Below are positions 12,002-19,291 of a stretch of DNA of 64,000 bases, piece by piece. This DNA is from Gammaproteobacteria bacterium (lineage in GTDB: Bacteria; Pseudomonadota; Gammaproteobacteria; Eutrophobiales; Eutrophobiaceae). Position numbers and translations under genes: made by a program. The stretch's first letter is position 1. Each line of letters begins with the position of its first letter. The stretch lies in the NCBI GenBank assembly GCA_965229565.1, contig OZ245888.1:848639-912638 (forward strand), given 5' to 3'. The notes under the pieces were generated by a model. The model worked only from the letters and a program-made list of their open reading frames with translations. It was not told the origin of the DNA and searched no databases.

Positions 12002-12037
12002 TACCAGTGCAGTAACAGCCAAAGTTCATTATTATCC

Positions 12038-12469
12038 ATGCCTATGGATAATTTTGTGCTGGATAGCAAACTGGATTCTGACTGCATCACCATCGCCGAA
12101 TGGGATGATTGCCTGCTACTGCTGATGAATAATGCCCTGGTCCCGTGGTTTATCCTGGTTCCGAAGACGCGGGCGACCGAGCTTTTTCAGCTTGATCACG
12201 AACAGCAACAATTGTTGCAACAACATATTGATGCGTTGTCACAGTTCATTCTTGGGCACTTTGACGTGACCAAGATTAATATTGCGACCATCGGTAATGT
12301 GGTGTCCCAGCTGCATGTACACGTAATAGGCCGTAGTCCGGAAGATTATTGCTGGCCGGGAGTGGTCTGGGGAAGGTCAGAATCTGAACCCTACCAGCCT
12401 GATGCCATGATACGAATCTGCGCCGCGGCCCGTAAGAAATTAAATCTTACCTCTGATACTTATGATTAA
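12038..12469 (+). CDS. HIT-family (histidine triad) nucleotide hydrolase
   Basis: 143 aa with the histidine-triad motif QLHVHVIGR near the C-terminus. Confidence 0.7.
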   Translation: MPMDNFVLDSKLDSDCITIAEWDDCLLLLMNNALVPWFILVPKTRATELFQLDHEQQQLLQQHIDALSQFILGHFDVTKINIATIGNVVSQLHVHVIGRSPEDYCWPGVVWGRSESEPYQPDAMIRICAAARKKLNLTSDTYD

Positions 12470-14151
12470 CTGAGTAGTCGCAGGACGTTCTGTGGCTGGA
12501 TATTGGCCTGGGCAATGATCGCATTACTGGCACGTTGCAGGATACTGCTACGAGTCAGGGCAAGTGTCTCCTTGGCAAAATCGGTATCGAGTATGCGCGA
12601 ACGTGCAGCCGAAATATTCTCCGACGTGGTAGCCACGGCGGTAATAGCGATGTCCATGCGATTCATTGCTGCACCCAGTTTGGCGCGCTCGCTATCGATG
12701 GCCGCCAGTGCGTCATCAATCGTCTGGATCGCTCCTTCCGCTGCATCGACGACATCCAGCGTGTCGACACCCAGTGCCGAGCTGGAAATGCGTCTGGTTG
12801 AGATGGAAATGGTTTGCCCGGCCTCGGCACCAACCTGGAAGTCCAGGGTCTCGTTAGTTTCCAGAGAGATCAGGTTTGGCCAGGTTTCAACAAAGAATTC
12901 CAGTGGGTCGGTCGTGTAGTTCGCGGTATCCGGGATAGTGTTTGCCCATGAAGTATCACGTGCGCCACCGTCGGCGTCATTACCGCCAATGGCGCCGGTA
13001 TCCGCGACACCATCAGCCAGGTCCATGGTGCCGATGAACGCGGCGCCGTTGTTCCTGAATGCCGTTACAAACTCGTCCGCGGTCGTTACGCCGGTAACAG
13101 CACCAGTTGCGAAATAATCATCCAGTGTTCTACTGGTGTCTGCCGATAAATAGGCCAGCATATCTCTTACACCGTTGCCACCAATTTCAGAATGCAGGTA
13201 GCGGGTTGCGGCATATGCGGTAGCGTAATCCAGGTCACTGCCGCTCCAGGCAGTTTGAATATTATCAATGTTATTTGCTACATCATTGGCAGTGTAACCG
13301 CCGGTTGTCAGTACGTTATTCAGGCGCGCATCACCTCCTGGAACGAACTCAGCCACACCCTCGGCAAACCAGATATTGTTACTTGCCATATCAGCAAAGT
13401 TGGTGGTGACGGCCATGATGGCATGTGTCATTTCATGTGCGATTAGTTGATCCAGTGCGTCATCCTGCACGTCAAGCAATGGGGCCAATTCGTTCACATC
13501 AATATGCAGTTCCAGGTTCATCAGCGTGGTTGAACCGGTACCAGTGACATAGGCAGAAGCACCTGCAATATCGTCGTCCAGGATGATTTTAAGTTCAACA
13601 TTGGTTCCTGTTAAACCAAGGTAGTTTTGAATAATGTCTTCGCTTTGTTCGAGCCACGACGTGCGAAGTTTATCGATAATCGCTTCTTTTTCTGCAAGCA
13701 GCATTACCGGCGAGCCGCCACTACCGCTGGGGCCACCTGTAAACAGTTGCTTGCCATTAAAACTGGCCGTTTGCGTGATGCGTTCTATTTCTTCAACGAT
13801 TTGATTGATCTCTGCCTGCAGGCTCTGGCGATCCGTGGTGCCGTTGGTGCTATTGTTGGCCTGCAGTGCCAGCACCCGTCCTCTTTGCAACAGGTTAGTG
13901 ATCTCCTGCATGGACCCCTCGGCGGTTTGCAACATGGAGACCGCGTCGTTCATATTCCGCTGTGCCTGGTTTAGACCGCGTACTTTGGTGGTCATGCGTT
14001 CTGAGATCGCCAGGCCAGCGGCATCATCACGCGCGCTGTTCACACGCATGCCGCTGGATAAACGCTGCAGCGTACGCGACATCGCATTGCTGGATGTATT
14101 CGCTTTTCGCTGCGCGTTTAGTGACATGACATTGGTATTAATCTGTAACAC
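12466..14151 (-). CDS. Flagellin with an embedded zinc-metalloprotease domain (proteolytic flagellin / flagellinolysin-like)
   Basis: The N-terminus (MLQINTNVMSLNAQ...RLSSGMRVNSARDDAAGLAISERM) and C-terminus (...ARSRILDTDFAKETLALTRSSILQRASNAIIAQANIQPQNVLRLLS) are canonical flagellin D0/D1 regions. The central region contains HEMTH (aa 239-243; CAT GAA ATG ACA CAT read on the minus strand at 13423-13437), followed ~25 aa later by FAEGVAEF. Confidence 0.8.
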   Translation of the reverse strand: MLQINTNVMSLNAQRKANTSSNAMSRTLQRLSSGMRVNSARDDAAGLAISERMTTKVRGLNQAQRNMNDAVSMLQTAEGSMQEITNLLQRGRVLALQANNSTNGTTDRQSLQAEINQIVEEIERITQTASFNGKQLFTGGPSGSGGSPVMLLAEKEAIIDKLRTSWLEQSEDIIQNYLGLTGTNVELKIILDDDIAGASAYVTGTGSTTLMNLELHIDVNELAPLLDVQDDALDQLIAHEMTHAIMAVTTNFADMASNNIWFAEGVAEFVPGGDARLNNVLTTGGYTANDVANNIDNIQTAWSGSDLDYATAYAATRYLHSEIGGNGVRDMLAYLSADTSRTLDDYFATGAVTGVTTADEFVTAFRNNGAAFIGTMDLADGVADTGAIGGNDADGGARDTSWANTIPDTANYTTDPLEFFVETWPNLISLETNETLDFQVGAEAGQTISISTRRISSSALGVDTLDVVDAAEGAIQTIDDALAAIDSERAKLGAAMNRMDIAITAVATTSENISAARSRILDTDFAKETLALTRSSILQRASNAIIAQANIQPQNVLRLLS

Positions 14152-14189
14152 CAGGCTTACACCTAAAAAATATTTTCCTTGTAAGCAGC

Positions 14190-14216
14190 TTATCGTCCAT
14201 TTCTGTGAATTTTTTA
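14190..14216 (-). promoter_or_regulatory. Sigma-28 (FliA) class-3 flagellar promoter for the flagellin gene
   Basis: The minus strand reads TAAA-N15-GACGATAA, against the consensus TAAA-N15-GCCGATAA. The -10 element ends ~39 nt upstream of the flagellin ATG at 14151. Confidence 0.6.
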
Positions 14217-14297
14217 GACCTGGCAGGATAAAAACTGGCCGGTAATGGCCAATATTCGGTTCAAGTGTTTATTAATTCAGGTAAATTTCAAAAAACC

Positions 14298-14325
14298 TTG
14301 CAACTTCTCGCTCTGCCCATACACT
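14298..14325 (+). promoter_or_regulatory. Sigma-70 promoter of rnpB
   Basis: TTGCAA (14298-14303), a 16-nt spacer, then TACACT (14320-14325). The predicted +1 is ~7-9 nt downstream, coinciding with the start of the P1 stem. Confidence 0.5.
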
Positions 14326-14333
14326 CTTAGCCG

Positions 14334-14670
14334 AGAGTCGGCCAGGCAGTCGCTGTTGGCCTTGGTCAATAGAGGAAAGTCCGGGCTCCACAGGGCGAGG
14401 TGCCAGATAACGTCTGGACGGCGTGAGCCGATGGAAAGTGCCACAGAAAATATACCGCCTGCTTGCAGGTAAGGGTGAAATGGTGTGGTAAGAGCGCACC
14501 GCGCTGCCAGCAATGGCAGTGGCAGGGTAAACCCCACCGGGAGCAAGACCAAATAGGGAAACAATGGTGTGGCCCGCACTGTTTCCGGGTAGGTTGCTAG
14601 AGGTGTACGGTGACGTGCATCCCAGATGAATGATTGCCTTCGACAGAACCCGGCTTATCGGCCGACTCTT
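14334..14670 (+). ncRNA. rnpB: RNase P RNA (bacterial type A, M1 RNA)
   Basis: Contains the universally conserved AGGAAAGTCCGGGCTCCACAGGGCGAGGTGCCAGATAACGTCTGG, AAGGGTGAAATGGTGTGGTAAGAGCGCACC, and ACAGAACCCGGCTTATCGGCCGACTCT. The 3' end pairs with the 5' AGAGTCGGCC (P1) and is followed by a T-run. The sequence aligns with E. coli M1 RNA across all conserved regions. The ORFs called here on both strands are spurious. Confidence 0.9.
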
Positions 14671-14695
14671 TTTTTTTAACTACACGAGGATAACA

Positions 14696-15136
14696 ATGCA
14701 TTGGAAAGTTTATTTATCCGGTGAGATACACACCGATTGGCGAGAACAGATCGAGCAGGCCGTCAACAAACTTGAGCTACCCGTCAGTTTCTATTCTGCC
14801 GTTACCGAACACGAGGCCAGTGATGCCGCCGGGGATCACCTGGCACCAACGAGTACTGGTTTCTGGCGCGACCACCAGTCTGCCAGGGTGAATTCAATAC
14901 GAACAAAGAACTTGATTGAGAAGTGTGATATCGCTGTCATTCGCTTTGGCGAAAAATACAAGCAGTGGAATGCGGCCTTTGATGCCGGTATGTGCGCGGC
15001 CCTGAGTAAGCCGTACATTACTTTACACGATGAAGCGTTAGTACATCCACTGAAGGAAGTGAATGCAGCCGCACTGGCCTGGGCGCAGTCACCGCAGCAA
15101 GTCGTTGATACCCTGCAATACGTGGTTGCCGCATGA
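14696..15136 (+). CDS. YtoQ-family protein (nucleoside 2-deoxyribosyltransferase-like fold)
   Basis: The start was reset to MHWKVYLSGEIHTDWRE (ATG at 14696, GAGGA RBS at 14686-14690). The sequence resembles Bacillus YtoQ (xxKVYLAGEIH...FGEKYKQWN..HHPLKE). The ORF-track start lay inside the rnpB terminator. Confidence 0.55.
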   Translation: MHWKVYLSGEIHTDWREQIEQAVNKLELPVSFYSAVTEHEASDAAGDHLAPTSTGFWRDHQSARVNSIRTKNLIEKCDIAVIRFGEKYKQWNAAFDAGMCAALSKPYITLHDEALVHPLKEVNAAALAWAQSPQQVVDTLQYVVAA

Positions 15137-15495
15137 CCGAAGCTGACAATCGCGATGCCGAGCTGCGTGAGGCAATCGACACCGTCAGCCAGGCGTTCTC
15201 CGACGGGCGTCATGCGGAGGCATTGTTGCTACTACGGCCACTGGCCGATGCCGGTGTGGCCGAGGCCATTGGCATGCTGGCGCTTGCCTATCAACGTGGT
15301 GCCGGTCTTGAAGCCGACGGTGAAAAGGCGATCGAGTTGTTCCTGAAGGCGATAGACATGGGCGACGCCGTTGCCGCCTATCATCTCGGTATGCTTTATA
15401 AGACCGGGATGCCGGGTATAGAGGTTAACTTGAAGCTTGGCGAGGAGTACCTGCAGCGGGCAAACGAGATGGGACTGGAATTGCCAGCACAATAA
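15133..15495 (+). CDS. Sel1-repeat (TPR-like) protein
   Basis: Two to three Sel1-type repeats (AIGMLALAYQRGAGLEADGEKAIELFLKAIDMGDAVAAYHLGMLYKTG). The start codon overlaps the YtoQ stop (ATGA), suggesting co-transcription. Confidence 0.6.
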   Translation: MTEADNRDAELREAIDTVSQAFSDGRHAEALLLLRPLADAGVAEAIGMLALAYQRGAGLEADGEKAIELFLKAIDMGDAVAAYHLGMLYKTGMPGIEVNLKLGEEYLQRANEMGLELPAQ

Positions 15496-15796
15496 CGGCG
15501 CACTCCCGTGCGGGGGGGCTGATCAGCAATATCACCTGTTGTCGCTTACTGAGCCCTGAATAAACTGGCCGCCACGCTTATCTAACTGATTCAGTAGAAA
15601 ATAGATACCCGGGCGGTAGCGGCGGATCGATGTCGGATTCAGAGTTAAAGTATTACATTAACAAACAGTTTAAAGATAATGATATAAAGAACAATAGTTG
15701 CTTGTTAATTCTGATAGAACAGCGTAAAACATAAATTTTGAGCGCTAAGTTACTGTTAAAAAGAGGGTTTTTAATAGAAAAAATTGCAAAGAATCC

Positions 15797-15826
15797 TTGA
15801 CAGCAAAGTCTCCAAATCCCTATAGT
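15797..15826 (+). promoter_or_regulatory. Pmra, the strong sigma-70 promoter of the dcw cluster
   Basis: Near-consensus TTGACA (15797-15802), an 18-nt spacer, then TATAGT (15821-15826), directly upstream of mraZ. Confidence 0.65.
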
Positions 15827-15833
15827 TCGCTAA

Positions 15834-15858
15834 GTGGGGAATTGTGGGTAAAAGTGGA
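15834..15858 (+). promoter_or_regulatory. MraZ operator: three direct GTGGG repeats at 10-bp periodicity
   Basis: GTGGG at 15834-15838, GTGGG at 15844-15848 and GTGGA at 15854-15858, immediately downstream of the Pmra -10 element. This matches the known MraZ binding-site arrangement. Confidence 0.65.
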
Positions 15859-15883
15859 TTTTACCCCAACTTGGGGATGCAAA

Positions 15884-16342
15884 GTGTTTCGAGGCTTTAA
15901 TACAATCAGTCTGGATAATAAAGGTCGCATGGCGGTGCCAAGCCGTTATCGCGAGCTTATATCCGTTCAGTCAGAGAATTACCTTGTCATTACCCTGAAC
16001 CCGCTCGATCGCTCCCTTTGGCTATATCCCCTGCCGGAGTGGGAAGTGATCGAAGACAAACTGGCCACCCTTTCCGATTTCGATAAACAAAGTCGTCGTA
16101 CCAAGCAGATGATGCGTGGCTACGCCTCCGACTGTCAGCTCGATGCCCAGGGCCGCATCCTGGTCCCCAAGGAACTGCGCGACTATGCCGACCTGCAAAA
16201 GCAGGCCGTCATCCTGGGTCAAGGTAACAAATTCGAAATCTGGAACGAGAAGGCCTGGGCATCCCAGCGTGATGAATGGTTGGAGTCAGTCGGCGATGAA
16301 TCGGTCCCCACACCTGAATCATTACAAGACCTGTCACTTTAG
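15884..16342 (+). CDS. mraZ: Transcriptional regulator MraZ
   Basis: GTG start giving VFRGFNTISLDNKGRMAVPSRYR (152 aa, the same length as E. coli MraZ) with two SpoVT/AbrB-like repeats. The ORF-track start at 15797 overlaps the promoter and was rejected. Confidence 0.85.
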   Translation: MFRGFNTISLDNKGRMAVPSRYRELISVQSENYLVITLNPLDRSLWLYPLPEWEVIEDKLATLSDFDKQSRRTKQMMRGYASDCQLDAQGRILVPKELRDYADLQKQAVILGQGNKFEIWNEKAWASQRDEWLESVGDESVPTPESLQDLSL

Positions 16343-16368
16343 CCAGCAGCAACGGACCTGGCATCACA

Positions 16369-17298
16369 TTGGGTTATGAGCATAAACCGGTCTTACTGGA
16401 CGAGGTGATAGAGGCACTCGCTATAAGTGCAAATGGTTTTTACATTGATGCGACATTTGGCCGCGGCGGACACAGCCGGGCGATCCTGCAGAGATTGGGC
16501 AGGGAAGGCCAGCTGTTGGCATTCGATAAAGACCCCACTGCGATTAACTCTATTGCAACCGACGTTGTCTCTGATCCCCGTTTCGCGATTGTACAAGGCT
16601 CATTCACTATGCTGATGCAGCAGGTAGAACAACGAAAAATGACTGGCAAAGTCGCCGGCATCCTGTTCGATTTCGGTGTATCTTCACCGCAGCTGGATGA
16701 TCCACATCGTGGCTTCAGTTTCCGTCATGACGCACCCCTGGACATGCGTATGGATCCCACCAGCGGCATGCCTGTTTCCGAATGGTTAAACATGGCCGAT
16801 GAAAAAGAGATTGCCGATGTTATTTACCAATATGGAGAAGAGCGTGCGTCGCGACGTATAGCCCGCGCAATCGTCAATGACAGGGAGCAACAACCGTTCA
16901 CCCATACGCGGCAGCTAGCCGATCTTATCCAGCGTCTATTACCTGGCAAGAAACACGATATTCATCCAGCCACCCGGACCTTCCAGGCACTGCGTATTTT
17001 TATCAACCATGAACTGGAAGATATCGAACAGGTATTACCGCAGGCAGTAACCGCACTGGCCAAAGGTGGTCGACTGGCGGCCATCAGCTTTCATTCACTG
17101 GAAGACCGAATCGTTAAGCGTTTTATTCGTGATGCATCACGGCCACCATCAGTACCCATTGCGATACCGGTGATGCCGGATGATAGCCAGGTCAGCCTGA
17201 AACCTGTTGGTAAAAAGCAGCGTGCCAGCACGCAAGAGATAAGTAACAACCCGCGCGCACGCAGTGCTGTACTGCGAGTGGCGGAGAAGCTTTCATGA
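16369..17298 (+). CDS. rsmH: 16S rRNA (cytosine1402-N4)-methyltransferase RsmH (MraW)
   Basis: HKPVLLDEVIEAL...YIDATFGRGGHS SAM-binding motif. Position in the dcw cluster. Confidence 0.9.
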   Translation: MGYEHKPVLLDEVIEALAISANGFYIDATFGRGGHSRAILQRLGREGQLLAFDKDPTAINSIATDVVSDPRFAIVQGSFTMLMQQVEQRKMTGKVAGILFDFGVSSPQLDDPHRGFSFRHDAPLDMRMDPTSGMPVSEWLNMADEKEIADVIYQYGEERASRRIARAIVNDREQQPFTHTRQLADLIQRLLPGKKHDIHPATRTFQALRIFINHELEDIEQVLPQAVTALAKGGRLAAISFHSLEDRIVKRFIRDASRPPSVPIAIPVMPDDSQVSLKPVGKKQRASTQEISNNPRARSAVLRVAEKLS

Positions 17299-17558
17299 AA
17301 CTGCTACTGCAAACAGCCTTATACCTGGCTATTTTCGTTTCCGCCTTGCAGGTGGTCATTGCACGTCATGAAACCCGGCGCCTGTTTGTTGATTTGCAGG
17401 CAATGGAACGCACCCAGGACGAATTGAAAGAAGAGTGGGGCAGGCTGCAACTGGAACAAAGTACCTGGGCGATAAATGATCGTATAGAAAGTGTTGCCCG
17501 ATCACAGCTTGATATGAAGATGCCGGAACAAAGTTCGGTGGTGTTGTTGGCAAAATGA
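17295..17558 (+). CDS. ftsL: Cell division protein FtsL
   Basis: An 87-aa bitopic protein with a single TM and a coiled coil. Its start overlaps rsmH and its stop overlaps ftsI. Confidence 0.8.
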   Translation: MKLLLQTALYLAIFVSALQVVIARHETRRLFVDLQAMERTQDELKEEWGRLQLEQSTWAINDRIESVARSQLDMKMPEQSSVVLLAK

Positions 17559-19291
17559 AGATTCGAACCATACAACCGCAGTATCCGTTTCGTCGCTGGT
17601 TCATCCTGGGCGTTTTCATGTGCGGCATGCTGGCGCTGGTTTCGCGCGCATCCTATTTGCAACTCTTGAATAACGAGGTGTTGAAAGAACATGGCGATGC
17701 ACGCTCGATACGCGTTGTAGAGATACCATCTCATCGAGGCGTTATTACTGATCGCAACGGTGAACAACTGGCCATGAGTACGCCGGTAGACTCTATCTGG
17801 GCAAACCCGAAAAAGGTGTTCGAGGACGTGGGTAAACTACCTGCGCTGGCAAGTGCACTGGGAACAACAGTGAAGGATTTACACCAGACCCTGCGCGATC
17901 GCATCAGTCGTGAGTTTATTTACCTGAAGCGACATGCCACCCCGGATGTCGTTGATGCAGTGAATGCACTGGAAGTATCAGGTGTTGCCACGCAGCGCGA
18001 ATACAAGCGTTACTACCCGGCCGGGGAAGTTACGTCTCATATCATCGGTTTTACCAATATCGATGACCATGGTCAGGAAGGACTGGAACTGGCCTACGAT
18101 AACTGGTTGGCGGGTGAACCCGGTTTGAAGCGGGTATTAAAAGATCGCCTGAACCGGGTTATAGAAAATATTGAAAGTATCAAGACGCCGCAACCAGGTA
18201 AGGATCTCATGCTCAGTATCGACAGGCGTGTGCAATACCTGGCTTACCGGGAACTGGCCGCCGCAGTGAAATACCATCGTGCCAAAGGCGGGTCACTGGT
18301 CATGCTGGACGTGAAAACAGGTGAGGTGATGGCCATGGTTGGCCAGCCGTCCTACAACCCGAATAATCGTACTAATCTTAAAAGTCATTACTATCGTAAC
18401 CGCGCGGTAACCGATGTGTTTGAACCAGGTTCAACCATGAAGCCATTTACGATCTCGGCAGGACTTGAAACCGGAAATTTCAAACCGCTAACACCCATAA
18501 ATACAACGCCGGGTTATATCAAGGTCGGAGATCACACGATCCGCGATATGCATAATTACGGCGATATCGATGTGACCCGTGTCATCACCAAGTCCAGTAA
18601 CGTGGGTGCCAGCAAGATCGCGTTGTCACTGGAGCCGGAACAATACTGGGAGACACTGGCACGTTTTGGTTTTGGCCAACCTACCGGTAGTGGTTTCCCG
18701 GGTGAATCCAGTGGATCACTGAATCCATATAACACCTGGTCCGATGTCGAAATGGCGACGCTGTCATTCGGCTATGGTCTTTCTGTCACGCCACTGCAAC
18801 TGGCCCAGGCCTACTCGGTACTGGCCTCGGGTGGTGTGATGCTACCGGTTTCATTTTTAAAGGTGAATAAGCCCGTGTCTGGTCAGCGTGTGCTGTCCGA
18901 GAGCGTTGCCCGTCAAGTCAGGAACATGCTGGAGACAGTGGTCTCTGCCGAGGGTACTGGCAAGCGTGCAGCCATACGCGGTTACCGGGTGATCGGTAAA
19001 ACCGGAACCGTGCACAAGTCAGTACGTGGCGGCTATTCCGATGACCGTTACCTGTCATTGTTTGCCGGCATTGCCCCGGCCAGCGATCCAAGGTTTGCGA
19101 TGGTGATCCTGGTCGATGAACCGCGCGGCGATCATTATTACGGTGGCGTTGTGGCAGCACCGGTTTTTTCAAGAGTCATGGAAGGTACGTTTCGTATTCT
19201 CAATATTCCGCCGGATGATCTACCTGCCATTACCAGTCCAATCATGGCGAACAAACCAGTTGGCGATGCAGAACAGGGGTCCGACGGATGA
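17555..19291 (+). CDS. ftsI: Peptidoglycan D,D-transpeptidase FtsI (PBP3)
   Basis: Transpeptidase motifs STMKP, SSN and KTGT are all present. 578 aa. Confidence 0.9.
   Translation: MKIRTIQPQYPFRRWFILGVFMCGMLALVSRASYLQLLNNEVLKEHGDARSIRVVEIPSHRGVITDRNGEQLAMSTPVDSIWANPKKVFEDVGKLPALASALGTTVKDLHQTLRDRISREFIYLKRHATPDVVDAVNALEVSGVATQREYKRYYPAGEVTSHIIGFTNIDDHGQEGLELAYDNWLAGEPGLKRVLKDRLNRVIENIESIKTPQPGKDLMLSIDRRVQYLAYRELAAAVKYHRAKGGSLVMLDVKTGEVMAMVGQPSYNPNNRTNLKSHYYRNRAVTDVFEPGSTMKPFTISAGLETGNFKPLTPINTTPGYIKVGDHTIRDMHNYGDIDVTRVITKSSNVGASKIALSLEPEQYWETLARFGFGQPTGSGFPGESSGSLNPYNTWSDVEMATLSFGYGLSVTPLQLAQAYSVLASGGVMLPVSFLKVNKPVSGQRVLSESVARQVRNMLETVVSAEGTGKRAAIRGYRVIGKTGTVHKSVRGGYSDDRYLSLFAGIAPASDPRFAMVILVDEPRGDHYYGGVVAAPVFSRVMEGTFRILNIPPDDLPAITSPIMANKPVGDAEQGSDG

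Noticed and set aside
14245-14579. Three overlapping ORFs on both strands (14245-14472 +, 14272-14499 -, 14277-14579 -)
   Set aside because: They lie entirely within the RNase P RNA gene. The region matches the conserved rnpB sequence and structure (P1 stem, GGAAAGTCCGGGCTCCA, AGGGTGAAA..GTAAGAGCGCACC), so protein-coding calls here are artefacts.
15496-15796. Putative terminator hairpin CGCAC-TCCC-GTGCG followed by a G7 run after the Sel1 gene, and a 300-bp AT-rich stretch before Pmra, considered for an sRNA
   Set aside because: The hairpin is followed by a G-run rather than a U-run, so it is not a canonical intrinsic terminator. No conserved sRNA signature was recognisable. The AT-rich stretch is consistent with an UP-element-rich region for the strong Pmra promoter.
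15797-15883. Longer mraZ ORF starting at the ATG at 15797
   Set aside because: That ATG lies inside the -35 hexamer TTGACA of Pmra. The N-terminal extension has no counterpart in MraZ proteins. A GTG at 15884 gives the canonical 152-aa protein.
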